Assembly (NCBI GenBank): GCA_019358915.1
Contig: JAHHIM010000002.1
Location: 1 to 64,000 of the forward strand
Length of the DNA stretch: 64,000 bases
Source: Trichormus sp. ATA11-4-KO1
GTDB taxonomy: Bacteria > Cyanobacteriota > Cyanobacteriia > Cyanobacteriales > Nostocaceae
Reading direction: 5' to 3'
Position numbers and translations under genes: made by a program. The notes under the pieces were generated by a model, which did not search any database, was not told where the DNA came from, and worked only from the letters and a program-made list of their open reading frames with translations. Below are positions 30,812 to 41,138 of this stretch, in pieces; the first letter of the stretch is position 1, and every line of letters starts with the position of its first letter.

Positions 30812-31820
30812 ACGTCAGTTTCAGTAGTGCTGAGTGCTTTTTTCCTGGCTACAACAGTCAGTAATTCAAGTTGCTCGTATAAATAAATATGATTATTGTT
30901 ACGTGTATACGTATACTTGAATAATTACTTTACATTTTGAGATGAAGTGTGGGTGAAATTTACAGTGTTCAATTTTGAAAGTTGTACATGCTGTATTTTT
31001 GTCATTCTGACGTAATGGTATTATCACCGCTATGTAAAGGTAAGTATTTACATAAATCAGATGACGGACTGGATTAAAAAAATACATGGATGCACTACCT
31101 ATCACCAAAAACATGGTGAGTTATTCAATATATGCACAAAAACTTGCAAAAGCTTCAAATATCAAAACAGGCAGCCTTTATAAGAGTATTAATGTTACTC
31201 AATTAAGAGATACAGCAAGAAGCTGTAGGAGATTTTTCAAGCAGGTAAATAGCAAATAACATGGTGATAATAGGGCTTGCCAAACCTAATCTTAAATAGC
31301 AATAAGTCATAGCAGTATCTAAGCTGCTGTTTTATAGGTGTCAAAAATATCAAACAGCTACATAGCTTGCTATTGTTAGTAATGCTCGGTTTGTGGCGTG
31401 GCTGAGAATATCCTGTAAGTAATTTTTAACTATTGAGATCATCTCACAATTATTTAGACACCAGTTCTGTAAGTACAGTTAGTAACAGCCTCTTTGAAGC
31501 AAGAGCTAAACGTCGCCCCCAACAAATGCCTAGGTAATAGTATTTAAAACTATGTAGCCACTTTCAATGAAATGGCGAGCATTGGGAAAAATGTTAATGT
31601 TAGTAACACTTTAGTCACATATTAAACGTGTAAAACACATACAGTATTTCATTCCCTTTGCACTTCATGAAAACTTTATTTTTCGGGGAGCTAATATTGC
31701 GTGAAAATCGATAAAAGTAGACGCAATAAATGTTACTTTCACCTTATGATCTGAATCTCAACACTTACGTAAAAAAATTAGTATTATTGCTAACTCAAAC
31801 CCAAGATAAAGGAAAAGAAT

Positions 31821-32501
31821 ATGAAAATAATTTTTCGCTTGTCTAGAGTATTCATCCTGCAAGTCTTGACATTGGCTGCAATGTCTGGTGTCGCGATCGC
31901 ACAAGAAGTTCCAGCTGTATCTCAACAGAGAACCACCCAGAAACTTTGCTCTTTAGATCCAGTTGCAGATTTATTACCACCATTACCAAGCAGGCAAAAT
32001 AACTCTTTACTTTCTTACCTTGCCGAGGAAGGTTTTACCCAGAGCCAAGATGGTGCTTGGGTATGTTATGTCAACGATCCCAAGAAAGAGGAGCGTTATT
32101 TCACCCTGTTTAAGGTACAAGAGCTTGATGGCAAACTCATCGGTAGTACTTTTCTCGACGGCGGTAATTTGATAGAGGGGCAAGAAAATCGCAGCATTGA
32201 CTTTTTTATGACCCTTGTCGAGCATCACATGAATACCAGTCCAGAGAACCGTCAAAGTGTACGTAGATACTTAGAAACTTTCATTTCTCTGGTCAAGGAC
32301 AGAAAGATAGAAGCCTCTCGTCGTGGGTTTCTCTTTGACCAACCCAACCGTGCCTTAGTTTTGTACCACACACTCTCAACAGGAGAACTCAAAGGTACAG
32401 CAATCACAATCAACATTCAATCACCTAGTAAATTAAGTGCTGGGTCTGTGAAAAGTAGACCGCAACCATCTTGGAGAGAAATTTTAAAACCCCGTCAGTA
32501 A
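31821..32501 (+). CDS. Hypothetical exported protein
   Basis: AAAGGA RBS; signal peptide ending AIA-QE; no family recognised. Confidence 0.75.
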   Translation: MKIIFRLSRVFILQVLTLAAMSGVAIAQEVPAVSQQRTTQKLCSLDPVADLLPPLPSRQNNSLLSYLAEEGFTQSQDGAWVCYVNDPKKEERYFTLFKVQELDGKLIGSTFLDGGNLIEGQENRSIDFFMTLVEHHMNTSPENRQSVRRYLETFISLVKDRKIEASRRGFLFDQPNRALVLYHTLSTGELKGTAITINIQSPSKLSAGSVKSRPQPSWREILKPRQ

Positions 32502-32549
32502 TAATACTTGGTTTTTAATTATGCACAGTAAATGTTCTCTGTGGTTTAG

Positions 32550-33815
32550 TTGAGGTGTATCTTGTTCAAGTCAACTTTTAAAAGCATTGCCATTTTATTC
32601 TCATCTTTCGCGGTAGTGCTGACAATTTGCGAGTCAGCTACTGCACAGTTACGTGTTAACGAACGTTATTCTATCCCCCAAGGACAGGAGCCAGAGTTTC
32701 TGGAGTTTCAGCGTCAGCATAATGACAATATACGCCAGATAAGAGTTATGCCTGACTGTACTGTAGGAGTTGGTCTTGGCTGTAACAAAACTGCAACAGT
32801 AGTCGAGGAAATCATTAATCAGTCTAATGGTACTAACTACTATCAGATGTTGATGCGAGCAGCAGGTGGTCAAGATAACTACCGTAACTTTGCTGCCTTT
32901 TACGATAACAATCCTCAACTACCTAAAATTCCCTACGCCTCATTTTGGCGGAATGAAGATCCATCTATCGTAGACGGATATCGATACGTTCTTGGGCAAT
33001 CTGTAAGTCGCACTCCTGTGCCAGGACTGGAAGCTGTCACCAATAACTTTGCCTGGTCACCGTCATCGAGAGGTAGAGAAATCAGTCTCCGTGATGGATT
33101 GGTGAATTTGAAACTCTCTTACGGACGTGTCCTCTTAGAAGAGATATCAGCAATTCCCAACTTTGAACAGCAGGTTGATTCTCTAGATTTACCGCCAGAT
33201 ATGACTCAGTTTTATTTGAGTAATATTTCTAGAGGGTTACGCGCATTAAATACTGGTGATGAAAGAGCATTGAGAGAAAGCGTTTTAAAACTACTTTCCT
33301 ATCCTTACTCTCCAGGTACTCCCAATGATGGTTGGTATGGACGGAGATTAGTTACTGTTCCAGACACCTTGACTCCATCTGGAGTACAACCTCCTGGGGG
33401 AGATACTTTTCTGAGCGAAAATCCAGTACTGGGGGGAGAAGAAACGATTATTGCTCTAGATACTCCTTTCTTTGAAGAAGTTTTATTACCGTCAGGAGGT
33501 AGTTCCTGGCTACCTTATGCGGCCTTTATGCCTCTGCTTTTTTTGCTGTTTAGCCTGGGAGGAGATAATGACTCAAGTCAGCCAGCTAATGTCGTAGAAG
33601 TTATACCTGAAACTCCCAGCAATGTTATTCCCGATAACAACGGTTCTTCCAGCAATGAATTCCCTGAAGGTACGGGTAATCCAACTATTCCCCCACCGCC
33701 AACGGAGGTAGGAAAACAAGTGCCAGAACCATCAGCACTCAAAGCCTTACTTTTGTTAACTCTTGTACTAGGCATACTCAATTACAAACATCGATTTGTG
33801 CCAACAAAGGGCTGA
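32550..33815 (+). CDS. PEP-CTERM sorting-domain surface protein
   Basis: Signal peptide (ATA-Q); C-terminal VPEPS, TM helix, basic tail. Confidence 0.85.
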   Translation: MRCILFKSTFKSIAILFSSFAVVLTICESATAQLRVNERYSIPQGQEPEFLEFQRQHNDNIRQIRVMPDCTVGVGLGCNKTATVVEEIINQSNGTNYYQMLMRAAGGQDNYRNFAAFYDNNPQLPKIPYASFWRNEDPSIVDGYRYVLGQSVSRTPVPGLEAVTNNFAWSPSSRGREISLRDGLVNLKLSYGRVLLEEISAIPNFEQQVDSLDLPPDMTQFYLSNISRGLRALNTGDERALRESVLKLLSYPYSPGTPNDGWYGRRLVTVPDTLTPSGVQPPGGDTFLSENPVLGGEETIIALDTPFFEEVLLPSGGSSWLPYAAFMPLLFLLFSLGGDNDSSQPANVVEVIPETPSNVIPDNNGSSSNEFPEGTGNPTIPPPPTEVGKQVPEPSALKALLLLTLVLGILNYKHRFVPTKG

Positions 33816-33929
33816 TTTAAATAGCACTAATAAATATATCTGGAAAATATAATTTATTTTCATATAAACCAGATTTTACACATCTGCTTGAGTCTTAGCT
33901 GGATATCAGGTGGCGATCGCGTGGATAAA

Positions 33930-33958
33930 AAATCCCTCGGTAACTAGTCGAGGGATTT
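33930..33958 (+). terminator. Stem-loop downstream of the PEP-CTERM gene
   Basis: AAATCCCTCG ... CGAGGGATTT. Confidence 0.55.
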
Positions 33959-34069
33959 CAATTTTTAGTACTTTGCACATGAAATGTATCCCACTTACAC
34001 AGTGTATCTGTCCTTTTAAAATTAGGTGTGCCAAAATGCCAAATTAAAGTGACATGCACCATCTAATCA

Positions 34070-34789
34070 ATGACGGCTCTGAATTCTTTATGGCTACCCG
34101 TACCCACAGATTTAACTTTATTACCAGATAATATTCATGTCTGGCGAATTAATCTTGATGTTCCAGAACCACAGCTACAAAATTTGGTAGCAACCCTTTC
34201 CAGTGATGAATTGACTCGCGCTCACCGATTCCATTTTCAGGAGCATCGGCAGCGTTTCATCGCCGGTCGCGGTATCCTGAGGAATATATTGGGTAGCTAC
34301 TTGGGTATAGAGCCGCGACAAGTGCGGTTTGATTATGAAAACCGTGGTAAACCAGTATTAGCCGAAAATTTATCTCACAGTGGCTTATCGTTTAACTTGT
34401 CCCACTCTCAGGGATTAGCACTGTGTGCAGTGAATTATCATCGCCAAATCGGGATAGATTTAGAATATATCCGCCCAGTATCTGACCTGAAAGCCCTTGC
34501 CAAAAGGTTCTTTTTACCTGGAGAATATGACATGGTGCGATCGCTATCTGCTAACCAACAACAAACAGTGTTTTTTCGCTACTGGACTTGTAAGGAAGCG
34601 TATTTAAAAGCAACTGGAGAAGGATTAGCCCAGTTAGAACAAATTGAAGTATTGCTAAATCCCACAGAACCAGCCAAGTTGCAGACATCTCAAGATTGGA
34701 GTCTCTTCGAGCTAGCACCTGCTGACAATTATGTTGCTGCTGTTGCTGTGGCAGGTTTTGGCTGGCATTTGCAATGTTGGCAATATTGA
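34070..34789 (+). CDS. hetI: Sfp-type 4'-phosphopantetheinyl transferase (HetI-like)
   Basis: GKP...FNLSHS...IGIDLE...WTCKEAYLKATG. Confidence 0.88.
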   Translation: MTALNSLWLPVPTDLTLLPDNIHVWRINLDVPEPQLQNLVATLSSDELTRAHRFHFQEHRQRFIAGRGILRNILGSYLGIEPRQVRFDYENRGKPVLAENLSHSGLSFNLSHSQGLALCAVNYHRQIGIDLEYIRPVSDLKALAKRFFLPGEYDMVRSLSANQQQTVFFRYWTCKEAYLKATGEGLAQLEQIEVLLNPTEPAKLQTSQDWSLFELAPADNYVAAVAVAGFGWHLQCWQY

Positions 34790-34932
34790 TGGTCATTCTT
34801 CCGGTGATTCATTTCAATTTTCCAGAAAAACTGGGATAAATCGCGGATGAAGTTAAATACTTTTTAAATCACTCTGTTAATCTGAGTAAATTTCCCTAAA
34901 ATCTATCAAGAGAGAGCGCGAGGCTACGAAGA

Positions 34933-35721
34933 TTGGACGACAACTATCAAACTTACCTGAACCGGGTGGCGAGAATGACGCTACCAGAAGCTTACAGATC
35001 CCAAATTCAACATATCCAGGAATCTGCTAAGTTTCAATTGCATTCTGGATCTAGACAAGCCGCACCTTTTCCTGGGTATTCACTAATTACCCCACCTGCG
35101 GAAGCAGAAGCAAAAAACTCTGCTTTCTATTCCAACTTACAAGCCTACCAGCAGGAACTTCTACAGTTACCTGTAAACAGTGATTTGATTGTCCCTGTAC
35201 CCCCGGCTAGCTTTCATCTGACCTTGGCAGACTTGATTTGGGACAATGCTTATCGTCACGCCTGTGCAGAAAACCCTGAATTTGAACAACAATTACGCTC
35301 TTGTTGTGTTGAAATATTTCAGCAGTATCAACAATCCATGACAAGCGGGACTATGCCGATTCAATGGCAAATGTTGGGATTGATTGTGATGCCAAGAGCT
35401 GTAGGTGTTTGTTTAGTACCCCAAGATGAACGCTGCTATGAGCAGATTATTCAATTTCGCCGTAAAATCTATCAAAATCCCAAGTTAATTGCTTTGGGTA
35501 TTGAACAGCATTATCATTTTATGGCCCACATCACATTAGGCTATTTTGGAGAAATTTCGCCAGATTTAGACCGAACAAACCTCAGCACCATGCTTTCTCA
35601 GTTGAATCAGCAATGGCTGTTGAATTCTCCAGAATTTTTGATCCACCGCGTCGAACTGCGGAAATTTGACGATATGACCTACTATTATCGTGAACCAGAC
35701 TGGCCGAGTTTAGATTTTTAG
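34933..35721 (+). CDS. 2H phosphoesterase-fold protein (DUF1868-like)
   Basis: Two HxT motifs, SFHLTL and AHITLG. Confidence 0.78.
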   Translation: MDDNYQTYLNRVARMTLPEAYRSQIQHIQESAKFQLHSGSRQAAPFPGYSLITPPAEAEAKNSAFYSNLQAYQQELLQLPVNSDLIVPVPPASFHLTLADLIWDNAYRHACAENPEFEQQLRSCCVEIFQQYQQSMTSGTMPIQWQMLGLIVMPRAVGVCLVPQDERCYEQIIQFRRKIYQNPKLIALGIEQHYHFMAHITLGYFGEISPDLDRTNLSTMLSQLNQQWLLNSPEFLIHRVELRKFDDMTYYYREPDWPSLDF

Positions 35722-35726
35722 GAATT

Positions 35727-35788
35727 GGGGACAAGGGGATGAGGGGACAAGGGGACAAGGGGATGAGGGGATGAGGGGATGAGGGGAC
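35727..35788. repeat. G-rich STRR-type tandem repeats (GGGGACAA/GGGGATGA)
   Basis: Read directly between convergent genes; CCCAATG repeats follow at about 35819-35838. Confidence 0.8.
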
Positions 35789-35843
35789 AAAAGGTGATTA
35801 CTAATATTAAGTTTTTTTCCCAATGCCCAATGCCCAATCCTTG

Positions 35844-36623
35844 TTAAAATTCCTTTTGTTGATAAGCAAGATAGACAGCTTCTAAAAATACATCAGGGGC
35901 AAAGTTTTCTGGTAATTGCTCTATGTTAAGAATAGCTTTAACCTGATGAACTAACTGTAATCCTAGTGTGGTTCTTGCCTTGGATGTCATGGCATCCCGT
36001 CGCTGTAAATACTCACGAATTACCACAAAATCATCAGGTAATAATATTGATAAATCGGTAATTTGTAATAAATACTGATATAGTGACTTTGCTGGTTCGG
36101 AAATTTTTACAGTCGCCGACGCAGTGGGAATTTGGGCTTGAATGACAATTGTGCCAGATGCCAAATCACCCAGGCGTTTCTCACGGCGACTAAACATAAT
36201 TAAAAAAGCTCCAATAAATAAAAATTCATCAAAGGGTCGCAGTAAGCCTCTTAAAGTAGCTTGTTGTAGTCCAATGGGTCTGCCATTATCTCGCACCACA
36301 CGAATTTTAGCCCAGCGTTTGCCGGGAGTTTGACCTTGCCAAAAAGTTTCAAAAAATACAAAATAACCTACGTAAATAACGAAGAGAATGAAAAAGGCGA
36401 TCGCCACTAACCAAACAGCTGCGACGGCACCAAAATTCTCTGTCCAAAAATCCACTAACAACCCTGAAACAATTGTCCAAGCGATGATAAACACTGCTAA
36501 AGTCAAAGCCAAAATCTGATAATCAATCATCAAAGCCCAGGCACGATTACCGATACCAGCAAGGGTAAATTCTAGTTCTACACTTTCCGGAGTGCGGAAT
36601 TTAACACGGTTAAAAAGGTGCAT
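35844..36623 (-). CDS. RDD family membrane protein
   Basis: TPESVEL...R..A.MIDY...GQTPGKR...KRLGDLASGT. Confidence 0.9.
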   Translation of the reverse strand: MHLFNRVKFRTPESVELEFTLAGIGNRAWALMIDYQILALTLAVFIIAWTIVSGLLVDFWTENFGAVAAVWLVAIAFFILFVIYVGYFVFFETFWQGQTPGKRWAKIRVVRDNGRPIGLQQATLRGLLRPFDEFLFIGAFLIMFSRREKRLGDLASGTIVIQAQIPTASATVKISEPAKSLYQYLLQITDLSILLPDDFVVIREYLQRRDAMTSKARTTLGLQLVHQVKAILNIEQLPENFAPDVFLEAVYLAYQQKEF

Positions 36624-36643
36624 AATAGTTTTGGTAATGGCAT

Positions 36644-37507
36644 TTAAATTTGGCGATCGCGTAACTTCAAGCCTAAACCCTCACGGCGACTTTGCAGGTC
36701 ATAATAGATGACAGCTTTGACTGTTTGCCAAAACGGTACAATCAACGCACCGCCTGCGATGCCTAAAGCAATGACTAGTAAGTAAAATAACGGAACGAAC
36801 ACAGCATAATTTTCTGTTAATAAGGGTAAGAACACCAGCTGAATCGCAGTGGAAACAATCTGAATCAACACTTGGATAGGTAGTGTGATTAAAAAGGCTA
36901 CAAATGAAATCAACAGAATCCGCCAGACATAACCCTGAGTTAACTCCCAACTCCGACTAATAGCTGATGTACCATCAACATTCTCCTCAACAGCAAGGGG
37001 CAAATCCACCAAATAAAACCGTGTCACCAGCCACAAAACTGCCACCAATGCGACAATACCCACCACAAAACCAATCAGACTGAAGAAAAGCACAGTAGCA
37101 GGATTCCCTTGCTGACCTGTACCTCCAACTAGCGCTATTGATAAAATACCCAACAAAAAAATTAAAACCAGAATACCTACGCCAATTCCTATACCCACAA
37201 GAAAAAGTAACAACATCGCTAGCAAAAACTGCCACAATCGTGAATTGACGAAACGCTCACCTGATGAAATACTCTCAGGTTGATTGACTAATTCGCCAAA
37301 AGCCAAGCGGGAAATTAACGCTGTCAGTGCATAAAATTTTGCCCATCCATAAACTGGCACAATTAACCACACATAAGCCCGAAGAGCCAGTAAAAAATAA
37401 TCTTTGAGATGAGAACGATATAATCGCATTCCCGCACTCACAACATTGCCAACGCTCAATGGTTGCGTAGGAGTGGGAGAACCAAAATTTTCAGACATAA
37501 TAATCAA
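36644..37507 (-). CDS. Polytopic membrane protein (DUF975/GDPD membrane-anchor-like)
   Basis: Several TM helices; AISRSWELT..WRI; YYDLQSRREG. Confidence 0.8.
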   Translation of the reverse strand: MIIMSENFGSPTPTQPLSVGNVVSAGMRLYRSHLKDYFLLALRAYVWLIVPVYGWAKFYALTALISRLAFGELVNQPESISSGERFVNSRLWQFLLAMLLLFLVGIGIGVGILVLIFLLGILSIALVGGTGQQGNPATVLFFSLIGFVVGIVALVAVLWLVTRFYLVDLPLAVEENVDGTSAISRSWELTQGYVWRILLISFVAFLITLPIQVLIQIVSTAIQLVFLPLLTENYAVFVPLFYLLVIALGIAGGALIVPFWQTVKAVIYYDLQSRREGLGLKLRDRQI

Positions 37508-37578
37508 ACTTCCTAGAAATACTTAGTTGAATTTGAGGCTATCTTAAGGTACGTTAAGTCTTAATATTCCCAAAATTT

Positions 37579-38544
37579 ATGAATATTCAACGTTGGATTG
37601 CCCGACGAGAAATCAATTGGCAACGTTTAGATGCTCTATTACAGCAGGTAGAAACAAAAGGGCTAAAGTCATTACAGGCGTTGGAAATTAGAGAATTAGC
37701 GAGTTTGTATCGTTCTGTGTCGGCAGATTTGGCACGTGCCCGAACACAACAAATTAGCAATACTCTGATACAAAGCTTACAATCACTGACAACTCGTGCC
37801 TATACACAGATTTACCAAGGTTCGCGAAGGCAGGAATGGCACGCAGTTGTGGAATTCTACCGTTGGGGATTACCAGCAGTAGTGCAGCAAACATTTCCTT
37901 ATATTGCTACTGCTACCGTCCTGTTTTTATTGGGGGTAGTAGTTGCTTGGTGGTATGCGTGGCAAGACCCCACTTTTATGTCTCTGATAGTACCAGAAGG
38001 GTTGATTTCTCAGGTACGCGACGAGGGTAAATTATGGATGGGTTCGATTATCGGTATTGAACCTCTAGCATCTAGTGGTATTATGATTAATAATCTGGCT
38101 GTATCTTTTGGTGCTGTAGCTGGTGGAATGACAGCCGGAGCATACACAGCTTTTTTAATGATATTTAATGGCTTATTAATTGGTGCTATTAGTACCTTAG
38201 TTGGTCAAAATAATCTGGCTTATCCCTTTTGGGCATTTGTTTTTCCCCACGGTTCCCTGGAATTACCCGCTATTTTTTTTGCTGGTGGGGCAGGTTTTTT
38301 GTTAGCAAGAGCAATTTTATTTCCTGGTAAATATCACCGGGGTGATGCGTTAAAATTTTACGGTTCTCAGGCAGTACAGTTAGTATTTGGCATTGTGCCA
38401 ATGTTGATTATTGCGGGTATTATCGAAGGGTTTTTATCTCCCAATCCTCAGGTGCCAGACGCATTTAAATATCTATTTGGACTAGGATTATTTGTGTTGT
38501 TGGTACTGTATTGTAATCGCAAACGTCCTCAGATGAAGTGCTGA
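37579..38544 (+). CDS. Stage II sporulation protein M-like membrane protein
   Basis: LYRSVSADLA...INNL...FNG...PHGSLELPAI...AGIIEGF. Confidence 0.9.
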   Translation: MNIQRWIARREINWQRLDALLQQVETKGLKSLQALEIRELASLYRSVSADLARARTQQISNTLIQSLQSLTTRAYTQIYQGSRRQEWHAVVEFYRWGLPAVVQQTFPYIATATVLFLLGVVVAWWYAWQDPTFMSLIVPEGLISQVRDEGKLWMGSIIGIEPLASSGIMINNLAVSFGAVAGGMTAGAYTAFLMIFNGLLIGAISTLVGQNNLAYPFWAFVFPHGSLELPAIFFAGGAGFLLARAILFPGKYHRGDALKFYGSQAVQLVFGIVPMLIIAGIIEGFLSPNPQVPDAFKYLFGLGLFVLLVLYCNRKRPQMKC

Positions 38545-39009
38545 TGAAATTACAGCAAAGAGCCAGATTTTGCCGTGATGATTTCGGGTAGCATAGAATA
38601 TACCAAAATTTCAGAACTCTAGCTTTCTCTAGAATAAGTGCTACAGGTTTACTTCTTTTGCTGATTATTTTTTGGTGCGATCGCAATTTTATGAGAGTAA
38701 TCGCTTTTGGGTCTACCTCCTTTATTAGATAGCTAGTTATCCAATGCTAAATATTGTTGATGGGGTTTGTTCTTCCCGCTCCCTGGTTTGGGTGGAAGTG
38801 TGACCAGCAAAGACAAGCCGCCCCTCACGTATACCTTCAACCCTACCTTCCCAACCCTCAGGCGATCGCACAATTCATATCGTGATTCAGCAACGCCCAA
38901 TTGGGGGTAATTTAGCATAATAATATTAGTACTATAAATCGCAAGATTGAAACTATTGAAAACCCTGTAAAAAGCCAAAAACACGAGGGATTGGGGGTTT
39001 TGGATTGAA

Positions 39010-39081
39010 AGCCAGCAGTCGGATTTGAACCGACGACCTTCCGATTACAAGTCGGATGCACTACCACTGTGCTATGCTGGC
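39010..39081 (-). tRNA. tRNA-Thr(UGU)
   Basis: GCCAGCA acceptor; TCCGA-CTTGTAA-TCGGA anticodon arm; GGTTCAAATCC. Confidence 0.96.
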
Positions 39082-39408
39082 GAATATGGTTATTGCTTGC
39101 AAACGTTAACCGAATTCCCATTGTAACATAATAAATTTAACTGTCTACTGTCAACTACAAAAACTATTGATATTCTGATCTGAGAACGTATGGATGGTTG
39201 AGTGACGCATACAAGCGTCATGAAGCCGAAAAAAAATTAGTGATTTTATTTACTGGTAAAGTTGATAAATTAATATTCATAGCAAAAGCTAATTCAAATC
39301 CTGGACTGGACACAAAAATATTGGGTACAGGTTGAAAACTGTACTTTTTTTTGACCCAGCTAGGTAAAGGAACAGAAATCGCTCATTGTTCTTTACAGAT
39401 TCGGAAGC

Positions 39409-40329
39409 ATGGCAGCGTTGATAGGACGAGATTTATTAGGTCTGGCTGACCTCAGTCCCAGGGAACTTCAAGAACTCCTGCAATTAGCAACCCAACTCAA
39501 ATCACAACAGTTGAAGTTGCATTGCCATCAGGTATTGGGTTTGTTGTTTTCTAAAGCTTCAACTCGCACGCGAGTCAGTTTTACTGTGGCAATGTATCAA
39601 CTGGGTGGACAGGTAATTGACCTCAACCCCAATGTCACTCAAGTTAGTCGAGGGGAACCTATTCAGGATACAGCGCGGGTCTTGGATCGATATCTAGATA
39701 TTTTGGCAATTCGCACCTTTGCACAGCAGGAGTTAGAGACTTTTGCCGACTATGCCAAAATTCCTGTAATTAATGCCCTAACCGATTTGGAACATCCCTG
39801 TCAGGTATTAGCTGATTTATTGACAATTCAAGAATGCTTTGGTAAGCTTGCAGGCTTAACTTTGACCTACGTAGGTGATGGCAATAATGTGGCTAATTCT
39901 CTCATGTTAGGTTGTGCTTTAGTGGGTATGAATGTGAGAATTGCTACCCCTAATGGATATGAGCCAAATGCTGGCATTGTAGAACAAGCACGAGTAATTG
40001 CTAACAATAAAACCGAAGTTCTCCTCACTCATGACCCAGAATTAGCAGCTAAGGGATCTGCTGTGCTTTATACCGATGTCTGGGCTAGTATGGGACAGGA
40101 AACAGAAGCAGACGATCGCCTGCCAATTTTTCAACCTTACCAAATTTCCGAACAATTATTAAGTCTTGCTGAACCAGAGGCAATTGTTTTACACTGCTTA
40201 CCAGCCCATCGTGGTGAAGAAATTACTGAGGCAGTCATCGAAGGTTCTCAGTCACGAGTTTGGCAACAAGCGGAAAATCGCTTACATGCTCAAAAAGCTT
40301 TACTTGCCAGTATTTTAGGGGCAGAGTAA
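39409..40329 (+). CDS. argF: Ornithine carbamoyltransferase
   Basis: STRTR, HPCQ, DVWASMG, HCLP motifs. Confidence 0.97.
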   Translation: MAALIGRDLLGLADLSPRELQELLQLATQLKSQQLKLHCHQVLGLLFSKASTRTRVSFTVAMYQLGGQVIDLNPNVTQVSRGEPIQDTARVLDRYLDILAIRTFAQQELETFADYAKIPVINALTDLEHPCQVLADLLTIQECFGKLAGLTLTYVGDGNNVANSLMLGCALVGMNVRIATPNGYEPNAGIVEQARVIANNKTEVLLTHDPELAAKGSAVLYTDVWASMGQETEADDRLPIFQPYQISEQLLSLAEPEAIVLHCLPAHRGEEITEAVIEGSQSRVWQQAENRLHAQKALLASILGAE

Positions 40330-40416
40330 AAATTCACAGGGCAAAAGTTAATGAGAATAGTCTTTCTTTTGCCTTTCATCTTTTTACTTGATATCTTGTT
40401 ATTCGGGCTTTTTTGT

Positions 40417-40430
40417 AGTACTAATGTTCT
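40417..40430. promoter_or_regulatory. LexA box upstream of lexA
   Basis: AGTACTAATGTTCT matches the cyanobacterial consensus RGTACNNNDGTWCB. Confidence 0.88.
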
Positions 40431-40462
40431 AGAGACATTTGTATTTACTTCCCGATAGATTT

Positions 40463-41068
40463 ATGGAACGTCTAACAGAAGCTCAACAAGAACTTTATGA
40501 TTGGTTAGTAGAATACATCCGTATTCATCAGCATTCGCCTTCAATTCGGCAAATGATGCAAGCGATGAATTTGAAATCACCTGCACCGATTCAAAGTCGT
40601 TTAGATCATTTACGGACTAAAGGATATATTGAGTGGAACGAAGGCAAAGCGCGAACAATTCGGATTTTGCATCCTGTTAAGCAAGGTATCCCAATTTTAG
40701 GCACAATCGCTGCTGGGGGTTTAATAGAACCATTTACTGATGCTGTAGATCATTTAGACTTTTCTAATATTTCATTACCTTCCCAAAGCTATGCTTTACG
40801 AGTAGCTGGCGATAGCATGATTGAAGATTTAATTGCCGATGGCGATTTAGTATTTCTACGTCCAGTACCAGAACCAGATCAGTTAAAAAATGGCACAATC
40901 GTCGCTGCTAGAGTTGATGGCTACGGTACTACATTAAAACGTTTTTATCGCCAAGGCGATCGCGTGATCCTCAAACCTGCCAATCCTAAATACAACCCCA
41001 TTGAGGTACTGGCGATGCAAGTGCAGGTACAGGGTTCCTTAGTTGGGGTTTGGCGAGATTACAACTGA
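40463..41068 (+). CDS. lexA: LexA repressor (start ATG 40463)
   Basis: LTEAQQE...PSIRQM HTH; IAAG cleavage site; GDSM serine and TLKR lysine of the S24 dyad. Confidence 0.96.
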   Translation: MERLTEAQQELYDWLVEYIRIHQHSPSIRQMMQAMNLKSPAPIQSRLDHLRTKGYIEWNEGKARTIRILHPVKQGIPILGTIAAGGLIEPFTDAVDHLDFSNISLPSQSYALRVAGDSMIEDLIADGDLVFLRPVPEPDQLKNGTIVAARVDGYGTTLKRFYRQGDRVILKPANPKYNPIEVLAMQVQVQGSLVGVWRDYN

Positions 41069-41138
41069 ATGGGGATTGGGGGAAGAAGCAGGGGGGAAGC
41101 AACTTCTCTGATACCCAATAACTAATAACTAATGACTA

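Noticed and set aside
38733..39121. Minus-strand ORFs near tRNA-Thr
   Set aside because: One overlaps the tRNA and the other crosses repeat remnants
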